From assembly GCF_001194135.2 (NCBI RefSeq), contig NC_068991.1:68458947-68500093 (forward strand): 41,147 nucleotides of DNA. The letters run 5' to 3'. Each line of letters opens with the position of its first letter. Positions within the stretch are counted from its first letter, which is position 1. This document shows positions 11,425 to 22,472 of this stretch, in pieces. The notes beneath the pieces were generated by a model that was not told where the DNA came from, searched no databases, and saw nothing but the letters and a program-made list of their open reading frames with translations. The translations under genes were made by a program, and so were the position numbers. Source of the DNA: Octopus bimaculoides (lineage: Eukaryota).

Positions 11425-12687
11425 ATGCAATATTTATGTCTCTAAAGAAACACAATTTCAGACTTGTTATGTCTCAAGCTACTGCTATCTAACACCTTCG
11501 GATAATCTCTACTCAACCGCTACACAACTGCTACTCGACTGCTACTCAACACTCCTACCACGGCCAAACTACCTTCATTTATATGTCTTGGGAGATCCTA
11601 CTTCTTCGCCTGGGGGCGTCGACACAACAAGATTTAAAAAAAATATTATGTTAATCTTACCCGGAGCTGGAGTTAACATCATTGACTAACTTCCTTTCAA
11701 TATTTACGGACTTGCAGCTAAATCAGGGATCAAAATTGCAAATATACTCTAGGCAGTGGATTAGCAGAATAGGTAGAGCGATAAGCAAAATACCCTGCAT
11801 TGTTATATTACATTTAAAACGCATTCCGAGTTCAAAGCCCGAGAAATTAATACACGAAATAAGAACCGAATGCAAGTCGAATTTTTGCGACCAAAGTTTG
11901 CAGCCAAAATTGGCAGGTCGACTTATACAAGAAAACGACTTTGGGAAACCAAAGATCGCAAAGATGCAAAGCGGCTGCGGTTGCGAAGATAGAGACGATA
12001 TTGGAATGTTTACACCACATGATTATAAAGCCGATTCGTAAACCTGAACAGATAGCAACAACCAAATACAATTACCGCCTCTAAAGTGTAAGTACACATA
12101 TGCAGCAAACGACCGTGGTCTTTCTGTTCTCATTCCACTAAACTATCTGCTGCTGTCCGTCAAATAAATGAATATGCAAGTAAATAAATAAATGAAAAAT
12201 AATAGCGGTTGATGAAAATGTTTATTTATAATCAGAAATCTCGGCCAGTTTAATTAATAGCAATTTAAAATTTGGTCAGTGATTCATTTTAAAATATAAT
12301 AAATTAAAAAATAAAGTAAGACATGACAAAAATTTTGATATTTATATCCTTTTATTAATTTTGTCATCATTGTATTATTTCTATTTTAATTTTTATTTCA
12401 CTTGTAACATTCTGACTTTAGTTTCATTTATTTCTATTTATATTTTATTTCTTTTTTGCTTATTTATTATTATTTTTATTTCATTTTATTATGTATGTAT
12501 TTTATTTCCATTAATTTTCATTTATATTTTAAGTATTTCATAAATATAACTTTTGTTTTATTTTTCATCTGTTTTTTCACAATAACATAAAAGACAAAAT
12601 ATGAAATGTAAAAGGTAACAAAAGTCAAGAAGAATTTGGAAATCGCTTCTAAAGTTATAAGAAATTATTATATTCATATATTTGCCT

Positions 12688-12721
<34 letters not shown>

Positions 12722-12919
12722 TTGCATTTACAATTTATATATATATATATATATGTACAAAAATGTATGTACATATATATTTTTCAATACATACATACAT
12801 ATATATATATATGTATATNNNNNNNNNNNNNNNNNNNNNNNNNNNNNNNNNNNNNNNNNNNNNNNNNNNNNNNNNNNNNNNNNNNNNNNNNNNNNNNNNN
12901 NNNNNNNNNNNNNNNNNNN

Positions 12920-12957
<38 letters not shown>

Positions 12958-13291
12958 TATATTGTTAGCACATACAAAGTAGATATATAAATAGATAAAC
13001 AGAGGGAGCACAAGTCATACTGCTCTTTTAATAACAAGTTATTTGGGAAATGTATTTCGGAAGGCTTTCAAACAACAACAATAAAAAAATGCAAGAATAA
13101 TCAATTAAAATTTAAATACAATTCTAAAGGACAGATCGGTGTATTACTGGTACTCGACTCTGACCGTTTCAAATTCAATATTCAAATAGGTATATATATG
13201 AATTCGGACAGTAAAATGTCATATACACTGAAAACAACTTCGCCGTTAATAATAATAATAAATAAATAATAACAACAACAATAATAATAAG

Positions 13292-13503
13292 TTCTACTAT
13301 AGGCACGAAGACTAAAATTTTGTGGGGAGTGGACTACTCGATTACATCGACCCCAGTGTTTCACTGGTACTTAATTCATCGACCCTGAAAGGATGAAAGG
13401 CAAAGCTGACCTCGGCGGAATTTGAACTCAGAACGTAAAGACGGGCGAAATGGCGCTAAGCATTTTGCCCGGTCTGCTAATGTTTCTGCCAGCTCGCCGC
13501 CTT
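13292..13503 (-). mobile_element. SINE-B, full length, tail type 2 (downstream member of tandem pair)
   Basis: Head AAGGCGGCGAGCTGGCAGAAACATTAGC, B-box-like GAGTTCAAATTCC, conserved body. Confidence 0.9.
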
Positions 13504-13516
13504 AATAGATACTATG

Positions 13517-13733
13517 ATATTCTTTTCTACTATAAGCACAAAGCCTGAAATTTGGGGCGAGGGAGTAAGTCGATTACATCGCCCCCAATGTTCAACTGGT
13601 ACTGTTTTATCGACCTCGAAGGATGAAAGGCAAAGTCGATCTCGGTAGAATTTGAACTCAGTACATAAAGACAGACGAAATACCACTAAGCATTTCGCCC
13701 GGCGTGCTAACAATTCTGCCAACTCCCTGCCTC
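13517..13733 (-). mobile_element. SINE-B, full length, tail type 2 (upstream member of tandem pair)
   Basis: Collinear with 13292-13503, same orientation, 13 bp apart. Confidence 0.9.
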
Positions 13734-14813
13734 AATAAATATCATATTAATAGCGATACTTCACTTTTAATTATGTGTAGCATTGAAAAACGTATTCTTT
13801 TATCTAATTGTAAGGCATTCTTTTGGTCGAGTCACCTTCTGTATGCACGCACTATTAATTTATATGCTGCATTCTTTCTAAACGTGGTATGTGATACACT
13901 AAATTAAATTTATTTACGTAGGAGAACAAATGAATAGAAAGTGGGGGGGGGGGATAATATATTGTACAGTTTGATCTGGGTTATACTTAACACAGAAACA
14001 AAAATTATGGTTGCGATTGCCACTGTTGCAAATGCATTTCCAACCCTGTTCTGACAGATCAAGCCCTGCTTTGGGTTAAAGGGCAGTAGAAGTAGCCCCA
14101 GGCGCAACAGAAAGAGCAATGCCCTAACTATCTGGTAGACAATCATAAACTAGCCCCTTTTAATAATGTTCAATGATAGAGGGCAAATTATCAACACATC
14201 AACTCTGAAATGTAAATAACAACTTGAATATGATGTTGTCACTGAAGTCATCAATTAACATCAATCTTTATGATAACAATAAAAACAAAGCAAAATAACA
14301 ATCGTATGAATCATATGTCCTTGAGACAATTTTACTTCTTTATTTTGTTTTAGCCAAAAGACTGAGGCCAAGCTGGAGCACAGCCTACACTAATGCTGAC
14401 AGAATGAGAAGTAAATAATAGTTTAAACTGACATTAACAACCAAATCTAAATTTAAACCGTCATGCAGACATATCTGCTCTAGACGTTCAATGTCAGATA
14501 TTTATTAATTTAACAACACTCCAACGACCGTCATTGTCTCGACAACCCCTGCACCAGTTGAGGAATTTTATAATGACTAGGTGTATGCATAATTTATTAG
14601 TTTGAAATATTGTAAATATTTTCCATTGTGTTTCTTTGTGTTTGTCTTATTTTATCAATTTCTCTAATGATTAAAATAGAAAAATAGAAAACATATTTAA
14701 CCCTCTTTGTATTTGCCTTTCTGTGTATGAATGTGCGTACATTTACTTTTGATATGGACTTGTGAACTAGAGCGAGGAAGATTATCTGAGTAAAAACGCA
14801 CCGAGCTAAGCTA

Positions 14814-14852
14814 CAAATGACAGCGTTTCGTGTGATTTCATCAAGCCATTCA
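14814..14852 (-). ncRNA. Decayed minimal hammerhead-ribozyme-like motif (Penelope type)
   Basis: Minus strand: UGAAUGGC (stem I) UUGAUGA AAUCACAC GAAA CGCU GUCAUUUG (stem I partner). Two core deviations (C3U, U16.1C) and an unpaired stem II region. Confidence 0.35.
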
Positions 14853-15063
14853 GGTAGTCTCTGGCATAGAGGAGGCGAAGTCACGTCGAAACATCGTAAC
14901 TTAGAGTCCGCTGATATTTATTTTTGGAAAAAAAAATTATATAGACAGAAATTTTTCTTTGAGAGAATATATCATAGAGCGAATTCATTTATGGTTCTAG
15001 TGTATAGGAGCACTACAAATAAATGATCGTCGCTCGGTCTCGTAGGGTCACTTAGTATATATA

Positions 15064-15998
15064 TCAGGTCATCCTATAAGTTCTGTCCGATTTTACTTTT
15101 TTTAAATTGAATGAAATTTAATAGTATTTTAGAATGTCTAATGGAATCAAAAATTATTTTTATGCATTTGTGTACATTTAAACTAATTAAATATTATTTT
15201 ACAGAATAATAGAATTAAAATTTCTTTGATTAAAACCCTTTCTAACATGGAAGTATCGAAAGAGCATTTAATGCACATAATGCTTTATGAGTTCAAAAAA
15301 GGAAACTCTGCAGCCGAAGCGACTCCAAAGATACACTCAGTTTATGGGAAAGAATGCTTGAATGAAAGAACTTGTAGAAAATGGTCTACAAAATTCGGAA
15401 GTGGAGATTTCAGCCTTGAAGATGAAGATCGAAGAGGACATCCACTTCAGTTTGATAAGAGGCATTGCTTGAAAAAAATCCGGGATTATCAGTTGAAGAA
15501 TTGGCAATAAAGCTTAGTTCAATCCATGCAACTGTTCATCGTCATCTTCAACAACTTGGAAAGGTTCCTAAACTTGGAAAATAGGTGCCTCATGAATTGT
15601 CCGAATGCAACCACAAATCCCGAGTTGACATCTGCTCTTCTCTCCATTCTCGCGAACTCATTTCACCCTTTTTGGATAGACTTGTGACTGGTGACGAAAA
15701 ATGGATCTTCAATCGAAGTGTTAAACGTCTCAAACAGTGGCTTGGTAAAAGGGAAAAAGCTCAACCACAACCGAGAAGGGAAATTGATGGAAAAAAGGTT
15801 CTTCTCTCTATCTAGTGATATTGCAAAGGAGTAATTCACTTTGAATTGTTACCACCTAATGCAACAATCAATGCCCAAGTCTACTGTTAGCAATTAGAAA
15901 GTTTGAACCAAGCTTTGAAGAAAAAGAGACTCACTTCAGCGAATCGAAAAGGAGTGATGTTTCATCAGGACAATGCGCGACCCCACACTGCAAAGATC
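15064..15998 (+). mobile_element. Mariner (DD34D-type) transposon, 5' TIR and pseudogenised transposase, truncated by assembly gap
   Basis: TA followed by TIR-like TCAGGTCATCCTATAAGTTCTGTCCG at 15064; transposase homology runs to the N-gap at 15999. Confidence 0.92.
15247..15998 (+). pseudogene. Mariner transposase pseudogene
   Basis: MEVSKEHLMHIMLYEFKKGNSAAEA..ERTCRKW..GDFSLEDEDRRGHP; frameshift near 15455; ..KLGK*VPHEL..FLDRLVTGDEKW..KKVLLSI**YCKGVIHFELL..VYC*QL..VMFHQDNARPHTAK. The first two catalytic Asp motifs (TGDEKW, HQDNA) are present; 4 in-frame stops. Confidence 0.93.
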
Positions 15999-16929
15999 NN
16001 NNNNNNNNATATATATATGTATGTGTGTGTGTGTGTGTAAATAAATAAATAAATGAATAAGTAATAATAATAATAATAATAATAACGATATAAGTGACCA
16101 GCAAGCAATTATATCGATAAAGGTCAAATCCATAAATTTTATAATTAATTATAATTATAATGGAAGTACTAGCTTGCTAAAGATAAGAGTAAAAGATCCA
16201 CTAATTAGGCACCATTTCACTGAAAACATAACGGACCAACAGAATTCGAGCTACGTCCAAAGTGGGACCTGCTAATGAGAATTGAGAAATAAAAAAATTC
16301 GAAATCATATGCTACAGGTATATCTTTTGCCTTAATCTGTGGCAATCAGCCGAGCAGGAGGCACAAAGAAGAGCGCTAACGCCCAACTTGCAACTTCACC
16401 AGCAGCAATACTGTAAAAATTCCCGGATGCAGTAAAGGAGGTGCACCAGCATGGCCTCAGCTTCTGGTTGAAAACCCATAAAAGATAAAAGATATACATA
16501 CATATATATATATATGTGCGTGTGAGAAAGTTTTAGCTCAAGTAGAACATTTTGAATTTTGGGGGCAACACTTTTAACATANNNNNNNNNNNNNNNNNNN
16601 NNNNNNNNNNNNNNNNNNNNNNNNNNNNNNNNNNNNNNNNNNNNNNNNNNNNNNNNNNNNNNNNNNNNNNNNNNNNNNNNNNNNNNNNNNNNNNNNNNNN
16701 NNNNNNNNNNNNNNNNNNNNNNNNNNNNNNNNNNNNNNNNNNNNNNNNNNNNNNNNNNNNNNNNNNNNNNNNNNNNNNNNNNNNNNNNNNNNNNNNNNNN
16801 NNNNNNNNNNNNNNNNNNNNNNNNNNNNNNNNNNNNNNNNNNNNNNNNNNNNNNNNNNNNNNNNNNNNNNNNNNNNNNNNNNNNNNNNNNNNNNNNNACC
16901 GTTAGATTCACTTCAACATTTAAATTTAA

Positions 16930-16980
16930 TTTGTCAAAATATTTTCGTCGCTTTGAGACCGCAACCTGTTCACTGACAAA
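16930..16980 (-). ncRNA. Candidate minimal type I hammerhead ribozyme with G3:C8 core variant (left arm)
   Basis: UUUGUCA / GUGAACA / G / GUUGC-ggucucaaa-GCGAC / GAA / AAUAUU palindromic stem III / U / UGACAAA. Stem I 7 bp, stem II 5 bp. Activity untested. Confidence 0.5.
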
Positions 16981-16999
16981 ATGAGATACAGCACAGAAT

Positions 17000-17050
17000 T
17001 TTGTCAGTGAACAGGTTGCGGTCTCAAAGCTACGAAAATATTTTGACAAA
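17000..17050 (+). ncRNA. Candidate minimal type I hammerhead ribozyme with G3:C8 core variant (right arm)
   Basis: Mirror copy of 16930-16980; stem II carries one U-U mismatch (GUUGC/GCUAC). Confidence 0.45.
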
Positions 17051-17319
17051 TTAAATTTAAATGTTGAAGTGAATCTAACGGTCTTTGTGTGTTATTTTAA
17101 ATGGCTTATAAACACCTTCCACGCTGCAATTGTTTATATATATATATACGCCTGTGTCTGTACATTCGTATATATATGTGTACACACACGCACTCATACA
17201 CGCACATATACATAAAAGCAATTTTCAAGGGTAGCACTAGAAAACCTATGTTCATTTTAAGAGATCGTACGTAGATCCATTATATACCGTATCAAATATT
17301 CACGCCCATTCGCACGCAC

Positions 17320-17352
<33 letters not shown>

Positions 17353-17353
17353 A

Positions 17354-17406
<53 letters not shown>

Positions 17407-18039
17407 TTAAGCAAGTAGAGGATTGTTGTGGAGTTGGTACCTGAGAGATCGATAAATGGATGGATGGGCAGATATGAGCTAATATGAAAAATAAATTATA
17501 AACAAAACAACCAAACAAGAAGAAAGCAAATTAGCATTACTTTATTTAGTATGAAGTAGATGCAAATGATAAAAGAAAGAATAAAGATAGAAATTGATGG
17601 AATGAATAAATGAAAGAAAAAAAGGAACAAATGTAAAGGAGTGGGAGGAAGATGTAAAAATATGTGGAGGAAGAGGTGGAGGCGGATACAGAGAAGTAGG
17701 AGTGTTTTCAGTGGGTGTACGAATAATTTATGAAGAACAAATGGCAATCATATGTCAAAATGGATTGGAAAGCTTCATGATTGAGTCATTAAAAGTGATC
17801 GAATCAATCGCTATTGTACGTCACTTGCTGAACAAAATTGCTTTGATCACCAGGCACATGCAAACATGAATACAAACAAGCATACAGGCATACAGGTAGA
17901 CAGGTATACCTACGTGCTTACTTACCTGCCTGCCTGCATACCTACTTGTATGCATACACATTCATAGATGTATTTCATATATACATACATATACATATTC
18001 ATAAATGTATATATATGCATACACACATACATACATACA

Positions 18040-18116
<77 letters not shown>

Positions 18117-19144
18117 ACATACATGTATACACGTACACACATATATACACACATCCAAATATAACTGTATGTATATGTACAATGTGTATACGTATATATG
18201 TGCGTGTGTATGTGTGTGTGTATATATATACATATGTATATATGTATAAATATAAATACTGACATATGACCCCCACATATATATACATACATACATACAT
18301 ACATACACACACATATATATATACAGAGAGAGAAAGAGACCCCCCACACACAAACACATACACAAACACATCAACATCATCATAAGGAAGATGTAAATCA
18401 AAAGTAACAACAACAGCAGCAACAACCTCAGTCATTGTAGATGTAACAAGTCCGCCAACGCTGTCAGTAACAAGAACTACGGCCGCAACCACCACCATCA
18501 CCACCACTGTCATCACCACCACCACTCTCACCACCACCACCACCACCACCACCACCACCATCACTACAACTTCAACAAAGATGAAGATATTGTTCATCAA
18601 TATCTTTCATTTTTCTCAGCTAATACTCACACACACATACACGCACACACCTACGCGCACGCAGAGAAACACACAAGACGTATTAGCACAAATTAGTCCC
18701 GATCAAATAGTTTGATAGATTAGTAGAATTAGCTCTTAATTCCTCTAATTTGTCGCTATTCAAATATAGTAATTACCAATATCTCCAGCCATCTCACCGC
18801 CACCACCGCCATCACTCTGTAAACTCTCTGTCTCTATCATTCACTATTATCTCTCAACTATCTTCCACAACACACAGGTCCCGCCAGCCCGTCCCTTCCA
18901 CCGCTTCATTCCTCCCTCTTTCTCTTTGTCTCTTTGTCCATTCTCGTTCTGTGTTACTCTCAATACGTTTCTCCTTCGGTCAACGATTACTGTTCACTTA
19001 TCAGTTTTGTATGTGTGAAATCGTTTATATTATTCATATGTTTATAGTGACAATCAGTCTTTATCCTTATGACCCTGATAACTCTGGCATTTTTTCAAAC
19101 ACGTACGAGAAGCTTTAGGTTGGGTTCTATACAGTTCTCACTCA

Positions 19145-19380
19145 AAGGCGGCGAGCTGGCGGAAACGTTAGCACGCCGGGCGAAATGCTTAGCGGTATTT
19201 CGTCTGCCGTTACGTTCTCAGATCAAATTCCGCCGAGGTCGACTTTGCCTTTCATCCTTTCGGGGTCGATTAAATAAGTACCAGTTACGCACTGAGGACG
19301 ATATAATCAACTTAATCCGTTTGTCTGTCCTTGCTTTCCCCCTCTGTGTGTAGCCCCTTGTGGGCAATAAAGAAATAAGA
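19145..19380 (+). mobile_element. SINE-B, full length, tail type 1 (..GTGGGCAATAAAGAAATAAGA)
   Basis: Complete head AAGGCGGCGAGCTGGCGGAAACGTTAGC, body and tail; low divergence from the 22243-22472 copy. Confidence 0.93.
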
Positions 19381-19575
19381 AACGTTAGCATGCCAGGTGA
19401 AATGCTTAGCGGTAATTCGTCAGTCTTTACGTTCTGAGTTCAAATTCAGCCGAGGTCGACTTTGCCTTTTATCTTTTCGGGATAAATTAAGTACCAGTTG
19501 CGCACTAGAGTTGCTTTAACTGACTGGCCCCTCGCTCCAAAGTTCAGGCCTTGTGCCTAGAGCAGAAAAGAATAT
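19381..19575 (+). mobile_element. SINE-B lacking first ~18 nt, tail type 2, fused directly to preceding copy
   Basis: Begins AACGTTAGCATGCC immediately after the tail of 19145-19380. Confidence 0.9.
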
Positions 19576-20789
19576 ATGCTGTTCTCACTCTGTCATTCTC
19601 TCACTGATTCTCTCTCTTTCTCTTTCTGTCTCTTATTCTTTCTTTNNNNNNNNNNNNNNNNNNNNNNNNNNNNNNNNNNNNNNNNNNNNNNNNNNNNNNN
19701 NNNNNNNNNNNNNNNNNNNNNNNNNNNNNNNNNNNNNNNNNNNNNNNNNNNNNNNNNNNNNNNNNNNNNNNNNNNNNNNNNNNNNNNNNNNNNNNNNNNN
19801 NNNNNNNNNNNNNNNNNNNNNNNNNNNNNNNNNNNNNNNNNNNNNNNNNNNNNNNNNNNNNNNNNNNNNNNNNNNNNNNNNNNNNNNNNNNNNNNNNNNN
19901 NNNNNNNNNNNNNNNNNNNNNNNNNNNNNNNNNNNNNNNNNNNNNNACACACGCGCACACACACACACGCACACACACGCACACACACACACACACACAC
20001 ACACGCACTTATATACGACGGGCTTCTTTAAGTTCTTTACGGGAAATCGCTTGACAACCACAATGACAATGACGACGACGACGACGACGATGATGATGAT
20101 AATGACGATGGTGATGATAGCGACGACGACGAGAATGACGACGCTGATGACGACGATGATGACGATGACGATGATGATAATCATGATAAGGAGTTGATGG
20201 ACGAGTGGTAACCTGTTGGCATATCTCAATATCTACCGAACACTTCAGCTGCGTGACAGTGCAAACACGCGTGTGGAAAACTGAGGGGAGAAAGGAAATA
20301 GCTGAGTGGGATAAGCATAAAGCGAAATGGATATTAAATAACTGGATGTTCAATATTCATCAAAACTGCATCAATGTATATGATTCTGCATCAATAACCA
20401 TTGCAAATTTCCTTGAAAGGACAATAACAAGAGATGCTACAGAAGAGAACGAAAGCGATGTATATTATAAGTAAACACATTTACGATTATCGATCTCTGC
20501 CGATGACGATATCGAGCAGTGTTAAAGATCTTTGTACATTTGACTACCAGGAGATTTTATATTTTGCTACAGAGAGAGAGAAAGAGAAAGAGTGAGAGAG
20601 AGAGAGAACTGTTTTGCGAGCGTTATAGACTAATAGAAAAATCAATGTGTTCGATCCTAAGCGAGGTATTTATTGACAGCCAAGCCACGGTACATATTGG
20701 TCAGAATTGGGCCGGTAGACCCGTGAGGCCCAGAGAAAAGGCTGAATGTGCCCATGCCTTAAAGCAATGCACTGGACACAAACACAGAC

Positions 20790-20934
<145 letters not shown>

Positions 20935-21107
20935 GCACAAATTAGTAGACAAATGAGAAAAGTACAGAAGTCACATAATCACGTTCGTAAGTCTATATTT
21001 GTTTCTTCTATTTGTATGCGAGCAGCTAGAGCGAGCTGAATAACAGAGCAATAATTTCCTCAGAACCAAAGCGTTTATTGCGGTAATCATTACGGTCTTA
21101 TTGCAGC

Positions 21108-21232
21108 ACTCATACCAAATCCACGCACAAAGCTTTGGTTGGCCCGAGAATATGGTGGAAGACACTTGCCCAAGAAGCCACGCAGGGGGCCTAAACTCGA
21201 AACCACGTGGCTGGGAAGCAAGCTTATCACAC
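21108..21232 (-). mobile_element. SINE-A 5' half, decayed
   Basis: CCAAATCCACGCACAAAGCTTTGGTTGGCCCGAG..GAAGACACTTGCCCAAG..GGGAAGCAAGCTT matches the head and body of other copies. Confidence 0.8.
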
Positions 21233-21244
21233 ACTTATTCCTGC

Positions 21245-21490
21245 GCCGGTGCGGTGAATAAACTGTCGTCTAAATTACGCAAAAATGAAAGCAACACTGA
21301 TATCTCATGTTAACATAAATATTTACCAAAATTATATAAAAATAGCTTGAAATACTAAGGTATAAGTTTATTCCATAAAATCGCCATTGGCTTCAACGAC
21401 AGCCTCCAGACGACTTCAGAATCTCCTGTAACGCTTCTGGACGGTCTCATTGTCTAAGTAGGTGAGCGCTGCCATAATCCTTGCCTTTTG
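21245..21490 (-). mobile_element. 3' end and TIR of a second copy of the D37D maT-type element
   Basis: Collinear with 3344-3545 (GCGGTGAATAAACTGTC, TTCCATAAAATCGCCATTGGCTTCAAC, GCTGCCATAATCCTTGCCTT). Confidence 0.85.
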
Positions 21491-21514
21491 GCTGCTTGTC
21501 CACCTGAAACAAAA

Positions 21515-21706
21515 GACGTATCAAAGCTCCTGGACACCTTAACTTTGAAGGATTTTCATGGGGCCTTTATGAAGTGGCTGAAGCGCTGAAATATGTACAT
21601 TAAAATCAGAGGATCCTAATATGAAGGAGATTAGTGTTTTGTACTTCTTCGGAATTACTAAACGTCTTACCCGTAAAACCCTCAAAACTTCTTGAATGAA
21701 ACGCAC
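21515..21706 (+). mobile_element. C-terminal fragment and 3' TIR-like end of a different mariner transposase
   Basis: Translation DVSKLLDTLTLKDFHGAFMKWLKR*NMYIKIRGS*YEGD* (21515-21634) resembles mariner C-termini ending (Y/F)EGD; followed by a TIR-like AAACTTCTTGAATGAAAC. Confidence 0.75.
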
Positions 21707-22124
21707 TTTGTGATTGTATATAAATATATATGGAATAGAGTGGTGCTAATTGAATATAATATGAATAGGAACAACTTAAAAGGCTCTCCTAAACGCTAAA
21801 CGTAACATCATAGTGTCTTGCATGTGCAAATCCTTGGCTCTCGCACGTGATTAACTACAAAACGGAACTAATTCTGAGATTCTTTCTGCTGCTTGAATGA
21901 CAGCCTTTATCCTCACCAATTACAATATCATCATCTGGCCCTTCAACTGATTGCACTTCGTTGTTATCTATCACACAAGCCATCTCTTCAGTCACTGGAA
22001 TAATAATATGATCTAAGTGTTTGTGTTGCCAAACAATGTCAAAACATGGAAATGGTTACTACCTCCCATTTTTTCTCTTGCGTCAGTAACCACTGAAGTG
22101 TCGGATACGTACTTTATTTAGTAC

Positions 22125-22234
22125 AGAAAGATAAATTTAAAGTTGTCCATCCCAGGGGAAGTGAGGAGTGAATTCCGAACATAACGGAGTAACGAAACTA
22201 AATAACGCAACGCATTTTCTGTGTTACTCTAAAC
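22125..22234 (-). mobile_element. Old decayed SINE-B (host of the 22243-22472 insertion)
   Basis: Weak collinear match (GAATTCCGAACATAACGGAG..AAATAACGCAACGCATTT..CTCTAA); remainder of head is probably 22484-22495. Confidence 0.45.
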
Positions 22235-22242
22235 TATATTCT

Positions 22243-22472
22243 TATTTCTTTATTGCCCACAAGGAGCAATAGAGGGGACAAACAAGGACAGACAAATGGG
22301 TTAAGTCGATTACATCGACCCCAGTGCGTAACTGGTACTTAATTTGTCGACTCCGAAAGGATGAAAGGCAAAGTCGACCTCCGCGGAATTTGAACTCAGA
22401 ACGTAACGGCAAACGAAATACCGCTAAGCATTTCGCCCGGCGTGCTAACGTTTCTGCCAGCTCGCTGCCTTA
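22243..22472 (-). mobile_element. SINE-B, full length, tail type 1, with 8-bp TSD
   Basis: Complete element flanked by TATATTCT at 22235-22242 and 22476-22483. Confidence 0.93.

Larger units (their letters stand above)
16898..17082. repeat. Long inverted repeat: 85-bp arms, 15-bp spacer, 1 mismatch; left arm runs into N-gap
   Basis: 16898-16982 is the reverse complement of 16998-17082 except TTCGTCGC vs TTCGTAGC; spacer GAGATACAGCACAGA. Confidence 0.97.

Noticed and set aside
11682-12041. 119-aa ORF
   Set aside because: Crosses SINE-like (GAGTTCAAAGCCCG) and transposon-end-like (GGTCGACTTATAC) remnants; no recognisable domain.
13910-14146. 78-aa hydrophobic ORF and Cys-rich alternative frames
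   Set aside because: No frame has both convincing splice sites and a recognisable motif.
19145-19230. tRNA-like sequences at SINE heads (also 1147, 38541, 39279)
   Set aside because: A/B boxes are present, but no complete cloverleaf was seen and each continues into a SINE body; not tRNA genes.
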